The notes beneath the pieces were generated by a model that searched no databases, was not told where the DNA came from, and worked only from the letters and a program-made list of their open reading frames with translations. Positions 52,451 to 64,000 of a stretch of 64,000 nt of DNA are shown here, piece after piece. Every line of letters begins with the position of its first letter. Position 1 is the first letter of the stretch. The stretch is from Lama glama (taxonomy: Eukaryota). The stretch lies in the NCBI GenBank assembly GCA_028534125.1, contig CM052817.1, forward strand, positions 94,242,001 through 94,306,000. The letters run 5' to 3'. The position numbers and the translations under genes are program-made.

Positions 52451-54189
52451 ACCGCTACATTAATCCTATATTATGCCATCAATTCCAGAACTAGCTGTTC
52501 GTTGTAGCCTGTTAGTATTTGAAGAATAGGCCTTTGTCATTTGGCGATCATATAAGCACTGCTCTCTGCCTAACTCAGCTAATGTCCCCACAGCTCAGTT
52601 TCCAGGCATCCTGTCTTTTCTGTAGCTTGTCTATCCTCTTCCTCTCCGCTTCTAGATCTTGCTCAAAATCTGTTTCTCTGTCCCTGTTGTTAGATTAGTG
52701 GATTCAGACATTCTGTTTCCTTTCCCTCCTTTCCTCTAAAATCTTCCCTACAAGATTCTCATATAGCTTTCATATGCTCATAAGACAGACTCACTCACAG
52801 TGTAAATGCATATGTTAAAAAAGACAGTTGCCATTTTGGAGGCAATTTTATTTATTGTTTTTCTTGCTACTTATTGTTTTCTTTTAACTATTATCAGACT
52901 TAAGATTCATCCATTTATATATTCAGTATATTTTTAGGGTTTCCAAACCAGAAACCAAGTTATTTACCTATCATTATAGAGTGAAGAAATGTTCTGAATA
53001 TTACATAAATGTTATATTTTTTCTACTTAACAATGTCAATATTGAATAAATATTTATTAATAAGTATTTACTGAGTGTCTATATGTCAGCAACCACCCTA
53101 GATAGTACCTTTTATCCTTTCACACAAGCTTTTTCGGGGACATAAGTTTTTTAACATTGTTTTCTCAATATGATAATACCCAGGTTCATTTTTGAAAAAT
53201 AAAAAATACAAACAAAAAAGAATTAAGAAATATACACCAACAACAATCACTTTCAATACTTTCAGGACTATCTTTCCAAAGTTTTATCTGTATTTTTGAA
53301 CTGTTAAAAATTTTTTTCAGGTAACACTATATAATAAACATTATTCTACATTAATGGTTGTTAAAGGTCGATGAATTCTTTTTTTGGGTGTACGATAGTT
53401 TTAAAATCGTATTTTCAATGTTGGACTCTTAATCTGTTGCTAGTTTTTTGTAATTACACGTGAAGAACATGATGAACATCCTTTAGGTACTTTTCTAATC
53501 ATGTATCCATAGGCGGTTCCTTGTAGCCTCAGAAATAGTATTTCTAATGGGCTAGGGGTCATTTTTCCAGCTCTCAAAGAATTATTACTCAATTGGTTAA
53601 AAGTCTGCGGACTATGTATTCAAAGGCGATCCCTTCTGTTTGAAATTCAGCAAAATCCAGAGTTTGCACAAAGCTTAACTCTTGCAAAGTGTCGCCTTTA
53701 TTCAGTACATATTGATAGAAAGCTGGACATGGGGATACAAATATGAATAAAAGCCTGTGCAGGGCAGATAGCAATTTACTGCGGTGGGCAGATTTGATAT
53801 CGAATAGAACACAATGTGCTTAAATTCAGTAGTAGATGATGCACGAGACCCTCAGGCTGTGTTGAAGAGAGCGTAAGGCAGTGTACAAACCAGTAGTGAT
53901 TACCTGTAACATTTCTTACCAAGAAAAGAATAATGGACAATTTTAAATTTATTTGTTTGGTGGTTGAGGAAAAGATAACACATGGCCTCTCTTTCTTATC
54001 TATTAATTGCTCATGTTTCTCACTTACACGGTGTTGGGAACTGTTTGCTTACTTTTAGCATGTAAATTCAGAGGAAATATCATGTAATTCTGAACCGAAG
54101 AGAAAACATTTAGAAATGATTGATGTAACTAACATGCGACGTTGACAAAAAAAAAAATCACACTAACGGGCACTTTTCCTTAGACAACA

Positions 54190-55330
54190 AAACAGGGAAA
54201 CGTCAACACCGTGGCGTCACGCCTAACAGCGGAGGCGGTGAAAGTGTTAAGGCCTGCACAGGCCTCCATGCTGCAGCAGGCGGCGCAAAACCCGGGCAAG
54301 TTTCTAAGGAACGCCGCCGATCGCTGCCATGCCAATAAGACGCGGCGGTCGGGGACAGCAAGCCGTTAAGAACGCCTGGAGCACGGCTCTCGCATCACGC
54401 CCGGGAGCCCACGCACAAGCCTACGTCTACGAGTTCTCCCTCGAGGCCCCGCCCACTCCTCGCCCTAGAGCCCGCTGGGGACCTCGGAGGGGGAGTGGCC
54501 AAGGGCAGCGATAGGGGAATGCGCATGCGCACTTGGTACCCAGTCATTTGGCCAACTATCAATCTCGCGAGTGTTGAAAGTCGGTGGCGTAGGTAGTAGA
54601 CCTGGATGCGGGCGAGATAGATGGTATCTGCCAGAGGAAGAAGGTGAGGCCGCGAAGCCAGTTCCCGGACTCGGTCCCTTCTTCGCTTTCCTTTCGTTTC
54701 CCCCTAACCCTCCGCCCTCCTGTAAATCAGCCCGCCTTCCCTGACCTCTGTGACCCGGGTGGCCCCGCCCACTCTCGTCGACGTGATTCCCGCCGTGAGG
54801 TAAAGCGCTGGTCGAACCCGGAGCCCAGTGGAAGAGGGGGCCGAGAACGAGAGGGGGAGGCTGCTGGGCCTGGCTCCGGCTCGTCGCCGAGCGGCGGCGC
54901 AGGGGGCATTCGGGTGGTCCTCTCGCTCCTCCATCTGCTCATTGCGACGTAGCCACCCAGGCCTAGGCTTCCTCCTCACCCCTGCCGGCCCGGCCTCTGG
55001 CAGCAGCGGGTGACGCAGACGGAACATCATGTCGTCCGCCGCCGACCCTCCGCCACCCCCGCCTCCCGAGAGCGCGCCTTCCAAGCCCGCTGCCTCGGCC
55101 GCCTGCAGCGGGAGCAGCAACAGCAACAAAGGCGGCGCCGAGGGCGTCGCGGCCCAGGCGGCTCCCTCTGCGGCCGGCGCCGGCCCCGCGGACTCCGAGA
55201 TGGAGGTGAGGGCGGCTTGTGGCTTGGGGAGAGGGCGGGATGGGGAGGAGGAACTGGTTCCCGGGCCCCTATGGTCGTGAACAGACGCAGAGCCGAACTT
55301 CACTCCTCTGCACCAAAGCTCGGCCTCAGA
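54190..55330. promoter_or_regulatory. SMARCA5: SMARCA5 CpG-island promoter: CCAAT 54332, GC box 54445-54456, NRF1 palindrome TGCGCATGCGCA 54520-54531, TCTCGCGA (BANP/CGCG element) 54563-54570
   Basis: dense CpGs in otherwise CpG-poor DNA; motifs read directly; spans the first coding exon. Confidence 0.88.
55029..55205 (+). CDS. SMARCA5: SMARCA5 (SNF2H, ISWI remodeller ATPase) coding exon 1, [20 protein letters not shown]...DSEME
   Basis: ATG with A at -3 and an in-frame upstream TGA at 55011-55013; GAG|gtgagg donor; 177 nt. Confidence 0.96.
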
Positions 55331-58300
55331 CCCTTGGGATCCGAAATGATGCTCTCAGCCCCGCGCCCTTGTGCTTCACCTATCCAGGTGGATTCAGTTG
55401 GATCTCTGGCACTTCCCACTTACATATTTGTCTCTTCAGCGAACCTTGCCAGATCCTCGAACGCTCTTATTAGACATATGTTTTTGATTACTTAGGCCGA
55501 GAGACGTGTACCCCCCCCCTTTTTTCCCTAGCTAGGCTCCCATCATTCTCTCGCCCATCTCTGAATCTGGCTTTTAGTTTCCACTCAACTTGGGGGAAGG
55601 GCGAGGGAGATGTCCCCCTAAGAACGAGGGTAGACGGCGGTGTAGGGAAGGCATTTAAAAGCAGCGCATCCGAGAACTTGGGCCTCCTTTTCTTCATCCC
55701 GGTCCTTGCGGGGGCGGTATCTGTTCTGGGCAGAAACAATGCCGAGAGCTGGATGGCCCAGGGCGCCGTGGGGGGATAAGCAGGGCACAGCTGCTCCTGT
55801 GAAGGGAGAAGAGGCTCCTCCCAGGCACTGTTCCACGGGGAGGGAAGCGACCAACGCAGCAGCAGCTGTCTTGAACCACCATCTAATTGGGGGCGGGGGG
55901 TGGGGGGACCACGGATGGGTGGATGAATGAATTAGTGAGTCAGGGACGGTTGGTTGGTTTTCAGACCAGCTCAATTCCTCTTTGAGGGCCTTGGCCTTAT
56001 TTTGAAAATTGGTACCGCTCACTGCCGAGCCTGTTTGCCTGCTGGGCTGGGGTTAGCCGGCCAGGGGGTGGTGACAGTCCTGCGAGGGTGGAAAGATTGG
56101 GGAATTGCCAGGCGGGTCTCTTGGGTGCGCTCCAAGGAAGGCTTTGCGATGTCTGGGAACAAAGTGATTGCTTGCTCCTTCCAGATTTTATTCTTGGCCT
56201 TAGATCTGTTTTAAGATATTTTACAGTCGAAGTCCAAAGATTTCTGGGATTTTTCCATCCTTGGATAGACTGAGTGAAGGTAGTACTGCTCTAAAAATGA
56301 ACGTTGATGCAGAATTAACACAGTAAGGAAATGGTAGCGCAGTTTCCCGTTGAAGCATTCGGCGTATAATAGTTTTATTTGGGTACCAACGGTCTAACTT
56401 AGGGTGAAGTAACATGTTACTAGTTTTTGTGAGAACTTTTAGGTGAGGGTAGGTTTTGATAGAATAGGACATCTGATATTCTGTCGTTTTCAGTGACGAG
56501 ATTTGTTTCCGATTCACATCTAGTTTTGCCTGTTTTCTTTTCCTTAAGGTTTTAAATGGTTCTTTGCATTTCTAGGGTTAACTTGGATTCCTGCTTCCTG
56601 GTTTAAGTGGGTTTGAAAATCTGACGCTGAAAGCAATTGTATGTTAATACGCAATTCTCTGCAAATTTCTGTCCATAGTTTTCCTCAGCGTCTCAAAAGG
56701 GGCTGTTACTCAAATTTTGAAGTAACCAAAGTTTCATTAGAGGTGTTAAAGAAATACCAGAAAGCAGAATAATTTAAAGCCTAAATTAAGTATTTTGGTT
56801 TTCAGGTGCCATTTTCAAGTTGAAGTGGAATTAAAGTTTAATTATGAATTGTCAGGTTATAACAAGTAACAAATGAAGTTAGTGGTGTTTTGTTTTGTTT
56901 TGCCAGATGAGGAAATTGAGTCTTTGATAAGCAGAACCTGTAATGGAACCCAGGTCTGGCTCTGAAGCTGACCCTCTTTTCCCACATATTTTGCCCTGTC
57001 ATATTCTTAAAAAAAGATGTCTGACAATTTCATTTATTGACGAATAAGTTAGTTTTACCTTCTCAGTAGAGGAATATCGGTACTTTTACTTTTTTATCAA
57101 TCTTTTCACTGACTAGATTTTGGTTTTTTTCTTCACATTATAGTGTGACTTTGTTGTTCTTCTCAAAGAAACGTACCTTACTTTAGTTTGTTCTCTTTTA
57201 ACTGAATTCAGAAATCATTGAGGTTCCCTGGTTAAAAACTAGATTTGAGCACGCATATGTAATATATCTGACAGTCTGTTTCATAGTTGAAAATAATGTT
57301 AATGCCCTTTTCTTGTTTGAAAGTAGAATTTAAGGTGGATTTTTCCAAAATCGTTTATTTTCTGACAAAGCCCATTTTCCTAGAAATATTAGCTAGCTTT
57401 TCTATGTATGAAGTTAATTTTTCCTTTTTGCTTGTGGTGCTGATAGGTCAGGGGAGCGATCTCATTTTTTGTTTATTACTGTGATTTTTTTGACAATGTG
57501 GATGGGGCCTGTCTTCATTCATCCTCATCTCTCACTATTGACAAGACTGATAGGTAGGTACACTATATACCAGTAATCATAGGACTTCAAGAGTCCTGAA
57601 ATCCAAACCTTTTTTTTTTTAACTATGAAAGAAATAATGACTGCTGTTGGAAAGCACATCTTACTTTTTAAAGATGTATTTGATCTTTCATAGTATCTAT
57701 CCCAGTACCATTTTGTAAAGTAGGCTAGGTAGATGGCTTTGTCGTTTTTTACTTGTGGAGACCTGAGATTTTTGTGATGAGCTTTAAGTTCCACAGGTGC
57801 CTAAAGGTCTTTCTTAGCAGTGAAGTTAGACTTGAATTTGGGTCATTTGGCCTCTTAATTCATGTGCTATACCAGCCCCTTTCCCCCCACCTTTTTAATC
57901 ACAGATAACTTTATTGTAGTATATATTGCCAAGCACAGATTTGAATATCATTGATGAAAATTACACTTGTACCAACAGTTCTTACATTGTTCTTTTAATG
58001 GATGAGTGGAACTTTGCAGTGTAGTTGTTTTTTGTTGTTTGTGGCATTTTTGAATGTCAAGGTGAATAAATTTGCAAGAATAACACATTTATTACCAACT
58101 AGAGAATTAGATTGTAGTTAAAGGGTATTTAATTTAGGCTGCATGGTGAATTTTTTAGTATTCCAGAAGATGGGAATCAGGGTGACTAAGGCCACTTTCC
58201 AGGTGTACATTTGTATAGAGGTGCAGTAGACACTGCAATTTTATGATTAAAATGGAATGTATTTTCTTCATATTTTATACTATTTAATTTGGCTTATAAT

Positions 58301-58597
58301 TTTTGATTAGGAAAAGAAACCGAATTGCTGAAAGTAATTTTGTTCTAGGATGATGTAGATAATAATCTTGTGTTTCAGTCTTGGCAGTAGCCACACAGTT
58401 TACATATTTGGCTTAAATAAATTGTCATCTGGTATTTTTCATCAAGGTTTCCTATCAGGTTAAATGACAGCCATTTAAGTATTTAGGAAATTTGAGACAG
58501 AAGTGTATTACTTAGAATGTGTTTTGACAGAGATCAGTCTAATAATGATGTGTCAAGTATTCTTGAAGAACAATCCTTGGTTTTTCCCTCCTACCAG

Positions 58598-58672
58598 GAA
58601 GTATTTGATGATGCGTCTCCTGGAAAGCAAAAAGAAATCCAAGAACCAGATCCTACCTATGAAGAAAAAATG
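58598..58672 (+). CDS. SMARCA5: SMARCA5 exon 2, [25 protein letters not shown]
   Basis: taccag| acceptor, ATG|gtatgt donor; 75 nt. Confidence 0.96.
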
Positions 58673-59639
58673 GTATGTTCTAGGTATATGAATAGAGTCT
58701 TATAATAACCTTTTAAGTGTACCAAAATTAAGGCACAGATACCCAGTTTAAATATGTATAACATGGGGTACTATGACTTTTGTATCTTACTTATTTGACT
58801 ATGTAAAGCAAATATGGAAATATTACATGAATTCATGTATTAATGTCAATATACGGATTATGTTAAAACCCCCTTTAATTTAAGATTTAGCATTGAGGTG
58901 ATTTAAAGACCAGAGAAGTAATTATTCTGAATGTGTTTATTCTGGTCTGTCTAGCATTCTACTCTACTGGTTACATAGAGAATAATATATGTTCCTTGCC
59001 TACATCCTGCTTATAATATGGGTGAGATCCTTACAGAAGAGAATATGAATGTTATATTGAAGTCCTTGAAGATCCAGCTCACATTTCATATCCTCTTAGA
59101 AAACTTTTTTTTAACAATGAGTTAACTAGTATCTACAAAGAGCTTTAAATTTAAATTCAATAATACTAACAGTGAATGCTTACTATGTATTGGGCCCTTG
59201 TTCTTTGTGCTTATATGGATTAAACTCATTTGTTTTGAAATCTTAAAAAGTTAAAATAGCATATGTAATAATAATACCACTGCACAACACAGTATGCTCC
59301 TTAATAGTGGGATCAGTGTCTTGAGCTTTCTGTCTTTAGCACCCAGAACAATATCTGGCACATGTTTCACTTTCCCTTTGTTCTTTGGCTTTCTCTTCAC
59401 TGTCAGTAAATATTTTTTATTCTCTTAAGTAGATTCAGAAATCCTAAAAATATATGTATTTTACATGTGCACATGCATATATGTAAACACATATAATGTG
59501 CAAAATACATACAGCAGTGTGTAAAATAAATGATATATTCTGTATGATTTCTGTTACATTTTATATATGTGTGTATCTATAACTGTCCTATCTCCTTTCT
59601 TTGCTGTCAAAATTTATTTAAATGAAAAGATGTATTTTC

Positions 59640-60330
59640 CAGCTCTGCTTTTCCCATTCATTCCTTTAAACCCATCACAGTTTAGATTCTGTCATTTACA
59701 CTGCACTAGTGATTCTAAGTGCCAGTTCTTTAACTTAATTTTAGTTTCATTCTCCTCGATCTCACTTGTGTTTGACATTATTGATCACTCCACAGAATTT
59801 TTACTTGCCTTAAGAGACTTTTCCCCTTGATGATATCCATGTCCTTTCTGCTTGATTGTTCCTTTGTCCTTCTTCATTACATTCTGAGCATTTGTTTTTG
59901 GACCTTGTCACTGGTTTTCATCTGCCATCTTTAAACTGAATACTTCTGAATATTTATCTGTAGCCCAGATGCCTCCATCCGTTTTCATTTGCTTTTGGAC
60001 ATTTCAGTCTCTTTGGTACCTCTTATTTAGGAATATCCAAAACTGAATTCACTATCTCTACTCCACACTTCTACTTAGTGTTCTCTCAATGAATAAAAGT
60101 TTCTCTTAATAGATACCAAACTGTATATGACAGTACCTCATAGGATTAGTAGTCTTGGCAAATTTAACCTCATAAATATTTCTCTTTATCTTTTCTCCAT
60201 CACTCTAGTTCAGTATTCTTCTGTTGCATGAATTATTTTGTTGGCATCTTTATTTGGCTCCTTTCTTATATCTCGTCTTCCAAATCTTTTCATGTTATTG
60301 CAGAGTACATTTATGACACAAATCTGATTA
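59640..60330 (+). mobile_element. L2 remnant
   Basis: pyrimidine-rich L2-like text (tttgacattattgatcactcc, tttatctgtagcccaga, tccaaaactgaattcact). Confidence 0.5.
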
Positions 60331-62579
60331 TATAATGGAGATTTTCAGTAGTTCTTTACAATTTTTTTCAGGTGCCCTTTATTGCCATTTTTTCCTCACT
60401 TCCTACAAGTTTTTCATTCTCTTAGTTTTAATTTCCTTTTTCAACATTAAGCAGTTTTCTTGTAAGCAATCTCCTTATCATCTGCTAGTTTCTAATCGTA
60501 GGTAATTCTTGATGTGTACTCTTCGTTCTTGAACCCAAGGTGCTGCGTACTGCTTAAGAAAACTGAAATAATAGTGTTGATTGGTACAGGAACACATGTA
60601 TGGTTTTTACTCTCTTGGGTTTTCAGTATTTATTGCTCAACAATTCCATTCAGCCATTCTAAAATTTTGCTGCTATAAGTATTCTACTCCTTTTCTGCCA
60701 CACCCTCATTTTCAGTCTTCCTCCACAAAGAATTGCAGGCCCATCACCAATGTATTTCCTCTACATTTCCAAACACGTATGGCTTCTGCTTTCCTGATCA
60801 TCTCCTTATGTCTCAGAGAAAAGCTTTTTCCAAAGCTGTTGATTTTAATCTTCCATTTGATTTTGATTTCTTTCGGGTTCCTGATCTTACTTTATTGTGT
60901 TCTGCTTTTTAGGAAGCAGTTTTTTTCCTTACACCTCTTGTCTTTAAGCTTTTAAGTCATTTTTTATTTTAACCTCATTTTTTCAAGCTAAAAGGTCTTT
61001 GCCTGTTACTTCCCTTACCCTTTGCTATAATTCTAAAAGCTTATTCTGTAAATGTTGTTCTGAACGCCTCGGTTCTTTGCAGCTAGTTTGTAACCCCATC
61101 ACTGCATGAATGAATGAGAGGATTTTGGAAATTATGGACTCTTCTGTTGAACCCTAGTGAAGTTTATACTTAATTCTTTAAATTCTCAAATTTTACCTTG
61201 TAGAAGATAACAAGGATCTTGGATATTTTTGATCTGAGATCATGAACCATACTTTGAAAAAAATACTTTAAGACATCTAGAGCCATTAAAGGGTTTTGAG
61301 CATCAGAGAGGTATGATAAGGTCTAAGAATTGGGGGGACCCCTCCCTTCTCAGTTTGAAACATCACCTCTGTTAGGATTTTCCTGATCGTCCTAGTTAAA
61401 ATTTCAATGCTACTCCCACTTCCCATCTTTTTCTTACTCTGCCTTATTTTGCTTATGAGTATTTATCATCTTCTGACACTTTAACATAATTTAACTATTA
61501 TCTTTATTTTCAGTATTGGACTGTGATGAAAACTTCATGAAGAAACAAAGTCTTCTTTATAAAGAAACCTTTTCTGGTAGACACAAAAATATTTGTTGAA
61601 TTGAAGAGAATATTGATTTGAAAATGTTTTGAAAGAAGTGAAGAATACATACATATTCAGTGATTTGAATACTGTAGAAAAATTTTTACTTTAAAATATC
61701 TAGACTCTGACCTATCTGAATTTATTTTCAGAGCTTATTTATCTTGATTCCAAATGTAATTACAAATAATGGAATAGCCTTTGAAGCCCCAAAATCTTCT
61801 TGTTGCCCGTTCTTGGCTTTTCTTCTATTATATATGTGTTAAGAAAGGAAACTGCAAAACACATATACATGTATGTATCTTGGTTCAGTATTTTAAAACT
61901 GATCTGAAGCTTGTCATCTGTAGGACCATTACTAGGGAGAAGCATGTTGACAGCCTGTTGTTAATTGTATGGATTGGGCTACATTTGTGACCTAATGAAA
62001 CACTGTCACCATGTGCCTTCCTGATAGCAAATTGGGCTTCAGTTTTTACAATGGTGTGATTTTTACAAATTACATTTTTCTTTAAAAAACACATAGCTTT
62101 TGCAATACTATTTTTGATTGCCTCGTGTTTACTTTGCTAGATGTTTTGTAATTAATTCTAAAACTGACATTTTAAACATTTTTAGGGAATGAAATGTTGA
62201 GTAACTGGTTTCTGTTTATTGAGCTTTTGTCTTGTTTCTCCTTTTTTTAACCAAACTATTATTAGTGTGTCCATAAGTCTGTTACATAAAGGCTCTAGAT
62301 TTCCATTTTCGTTTGTTTTTATGAAAACTTGATTTCAAGCATCTTAAATTGTTTTTGGTTTAAATTCATCCAAACTCATTCAAAGCAGCAAATGTTAGAT
62401 ATGAAAGCAAGAAGTGGTATTAAGACCTGCATTGGGTAAATGAATATTTCATGAACTTAATAGATGTTTTTCAAGTGGGATACCATTTTAAAATTTGACA
62501 CAGCCCAACTGATAAATGACCAATGGATTTCCCCCCTTCTGAATAAATTCACTTGTATTGCTCAGTGTCTTGATTTTTT

Positions 62580-62920
62580 TGATATTTTTTCGTCAACTGA
62601 ATTGAAGTATAATTGACACACGATAGTTTTAAGTTTGTAATTCAGTGAGTTTTGGTAGATACATACAGTCATTTAACGATTTTCAGTCAGTATGTAACAG
62701 TTCTGTCATCCGCAAACCTTTTCTCCTGCTCTCATCCCCTTGCCACTTCAGATCCGTTTTCTGAAAAATCACTACTTAGAATTTCATATCAGTCAGATCC
62801 TGTAGTATATATATTTTTTAAGTTCGGCTTCTTTCACTTAGTGTAGTGCTTCTGAAACTCATCTATCAATCAGTATCAGTGGTTTCTTTTTATTGTTGAG
62901 TTTGTTATATGGAGGCATGC
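62580..62920 (-). mobile_element. old L1 3' fragment
   Basis: attgaagtataattgaca...ttcagtgagttttgg...ggcttctttcacttag. Confidence 0.6.
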
Positions 62921-62972
62921 TGAAACTTTGATTTCTCAAGTTGTATTACTATTCTGATAAACTGTATTTTAA

Positions 62973-63152
<180 letters not shown>

Positions 63153-64000
63153 TGAGTAATAGTCAATACTTAATAGTTCAGCCAAATTTATTTTTGATAA
63201 TCTTCATTACAAGCATAAAACCACTTTATTAAAAAAAATTATTTTAGTGCTGTTATTTGGTCCCAGTTGGCTTGGCAGAATGTAACCATACATATATAAA
63301 TAAATAAAAATATGCATAATGCTTTAATTTTATATTAACTGAGTAGGGAATTCAGATGTTATCCACTCCTTGGAGTGGAAACAACTGCAGAGGTTAGGTG
63401 GCCTGTTTAACATCACCTAGAAGGAGTTAGAATAATCCGAGTTTGAATTTAGATTTGACTTGGAGCGTGCTCTAGTCTCCTAAACCACATACACACATTG
63501 AGGGTATTGCTTTTATCTGAAGTCTGTACTGGTGTGGATGTTGCGATCATTTATACCACAGCTGTTTGTTTAAATTTTTTGTTATATACTTAGTTGGCTT
63601 TATATATATCAAAGTATCAGGTTATATGCCATCATTATATGTTGGTTCAAAGTGTGTAAAGTCTTATATGTTGAATTTATAAATTTTTTTTTTAAATTTG
63701 TGCTGGTTGTATAACTAAGATGTTTAGGTAACAATAATTAATAAATTTAGGGCAATCTTGGCTCCATGGAATGGCTAATTCCCAAAGTGAAAAATGAAAT
63801 GTGACCAGTAATTAAAATATGCATGGTTATCTAAAAGAGGAAATTGCAAACTGTTATCAACACTATTAAATTTACTACATGATATACAGAAACATGGAGG
63901 TATGAGCTCTGTCTCTAAGGGATTATCATCCAAAAAGCATTTTACCTTAATTTTACTTGGAATATGCTACTGTACTAATGTATCTTACTGCTTAATTATT

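Noticed and set aside
55010..56022. Long GC-rich ORFs in and after SMARCA5 exon 1
   Set aside because: Expected from stop-codon scarcity in a CpG island; no homology recognised

Overview
Mammalian genomic DNA, most likely a camelid: it carries four tRNA(Ala)-derived SINEs of the Vic-1 type. The window holds two + strand genes in the known mammalian order GAB1 then SMARCA5. GAB1 runs from the exon after the PH domain to the stop codon at 25154-25156, with 8 constitutive coding exons, two in-frame cassette exons (81 nt and 90 nt) and a long 3' UTR. Then come about 25 kb of repeat-rich intergenic DNA (L1, L2, MIR, MaLR/ERV LTRs, SINEs) containing an RPS21 processed retrocopy with clear target-site duplications. 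The window ends with the CpG-island promoter and first three coding exons of SMARCA5 (SNF2H). I see no evidence of a wholly new biological system. The best observations are the 81-nt GAB1 exon missed by the ORF track, which resembles a duplicate of the preceding exon's tail; an uninterrupted RPS21 retrocopy with an ACG start; a divergent pair of CTCF-like motifs; and stop-start uORFs upstream of SMARCA5. Repeat family names come from recalled consensus sequences and their boundaries are approximate unless a TSD is given. Comparisons with human proteins are from memory.
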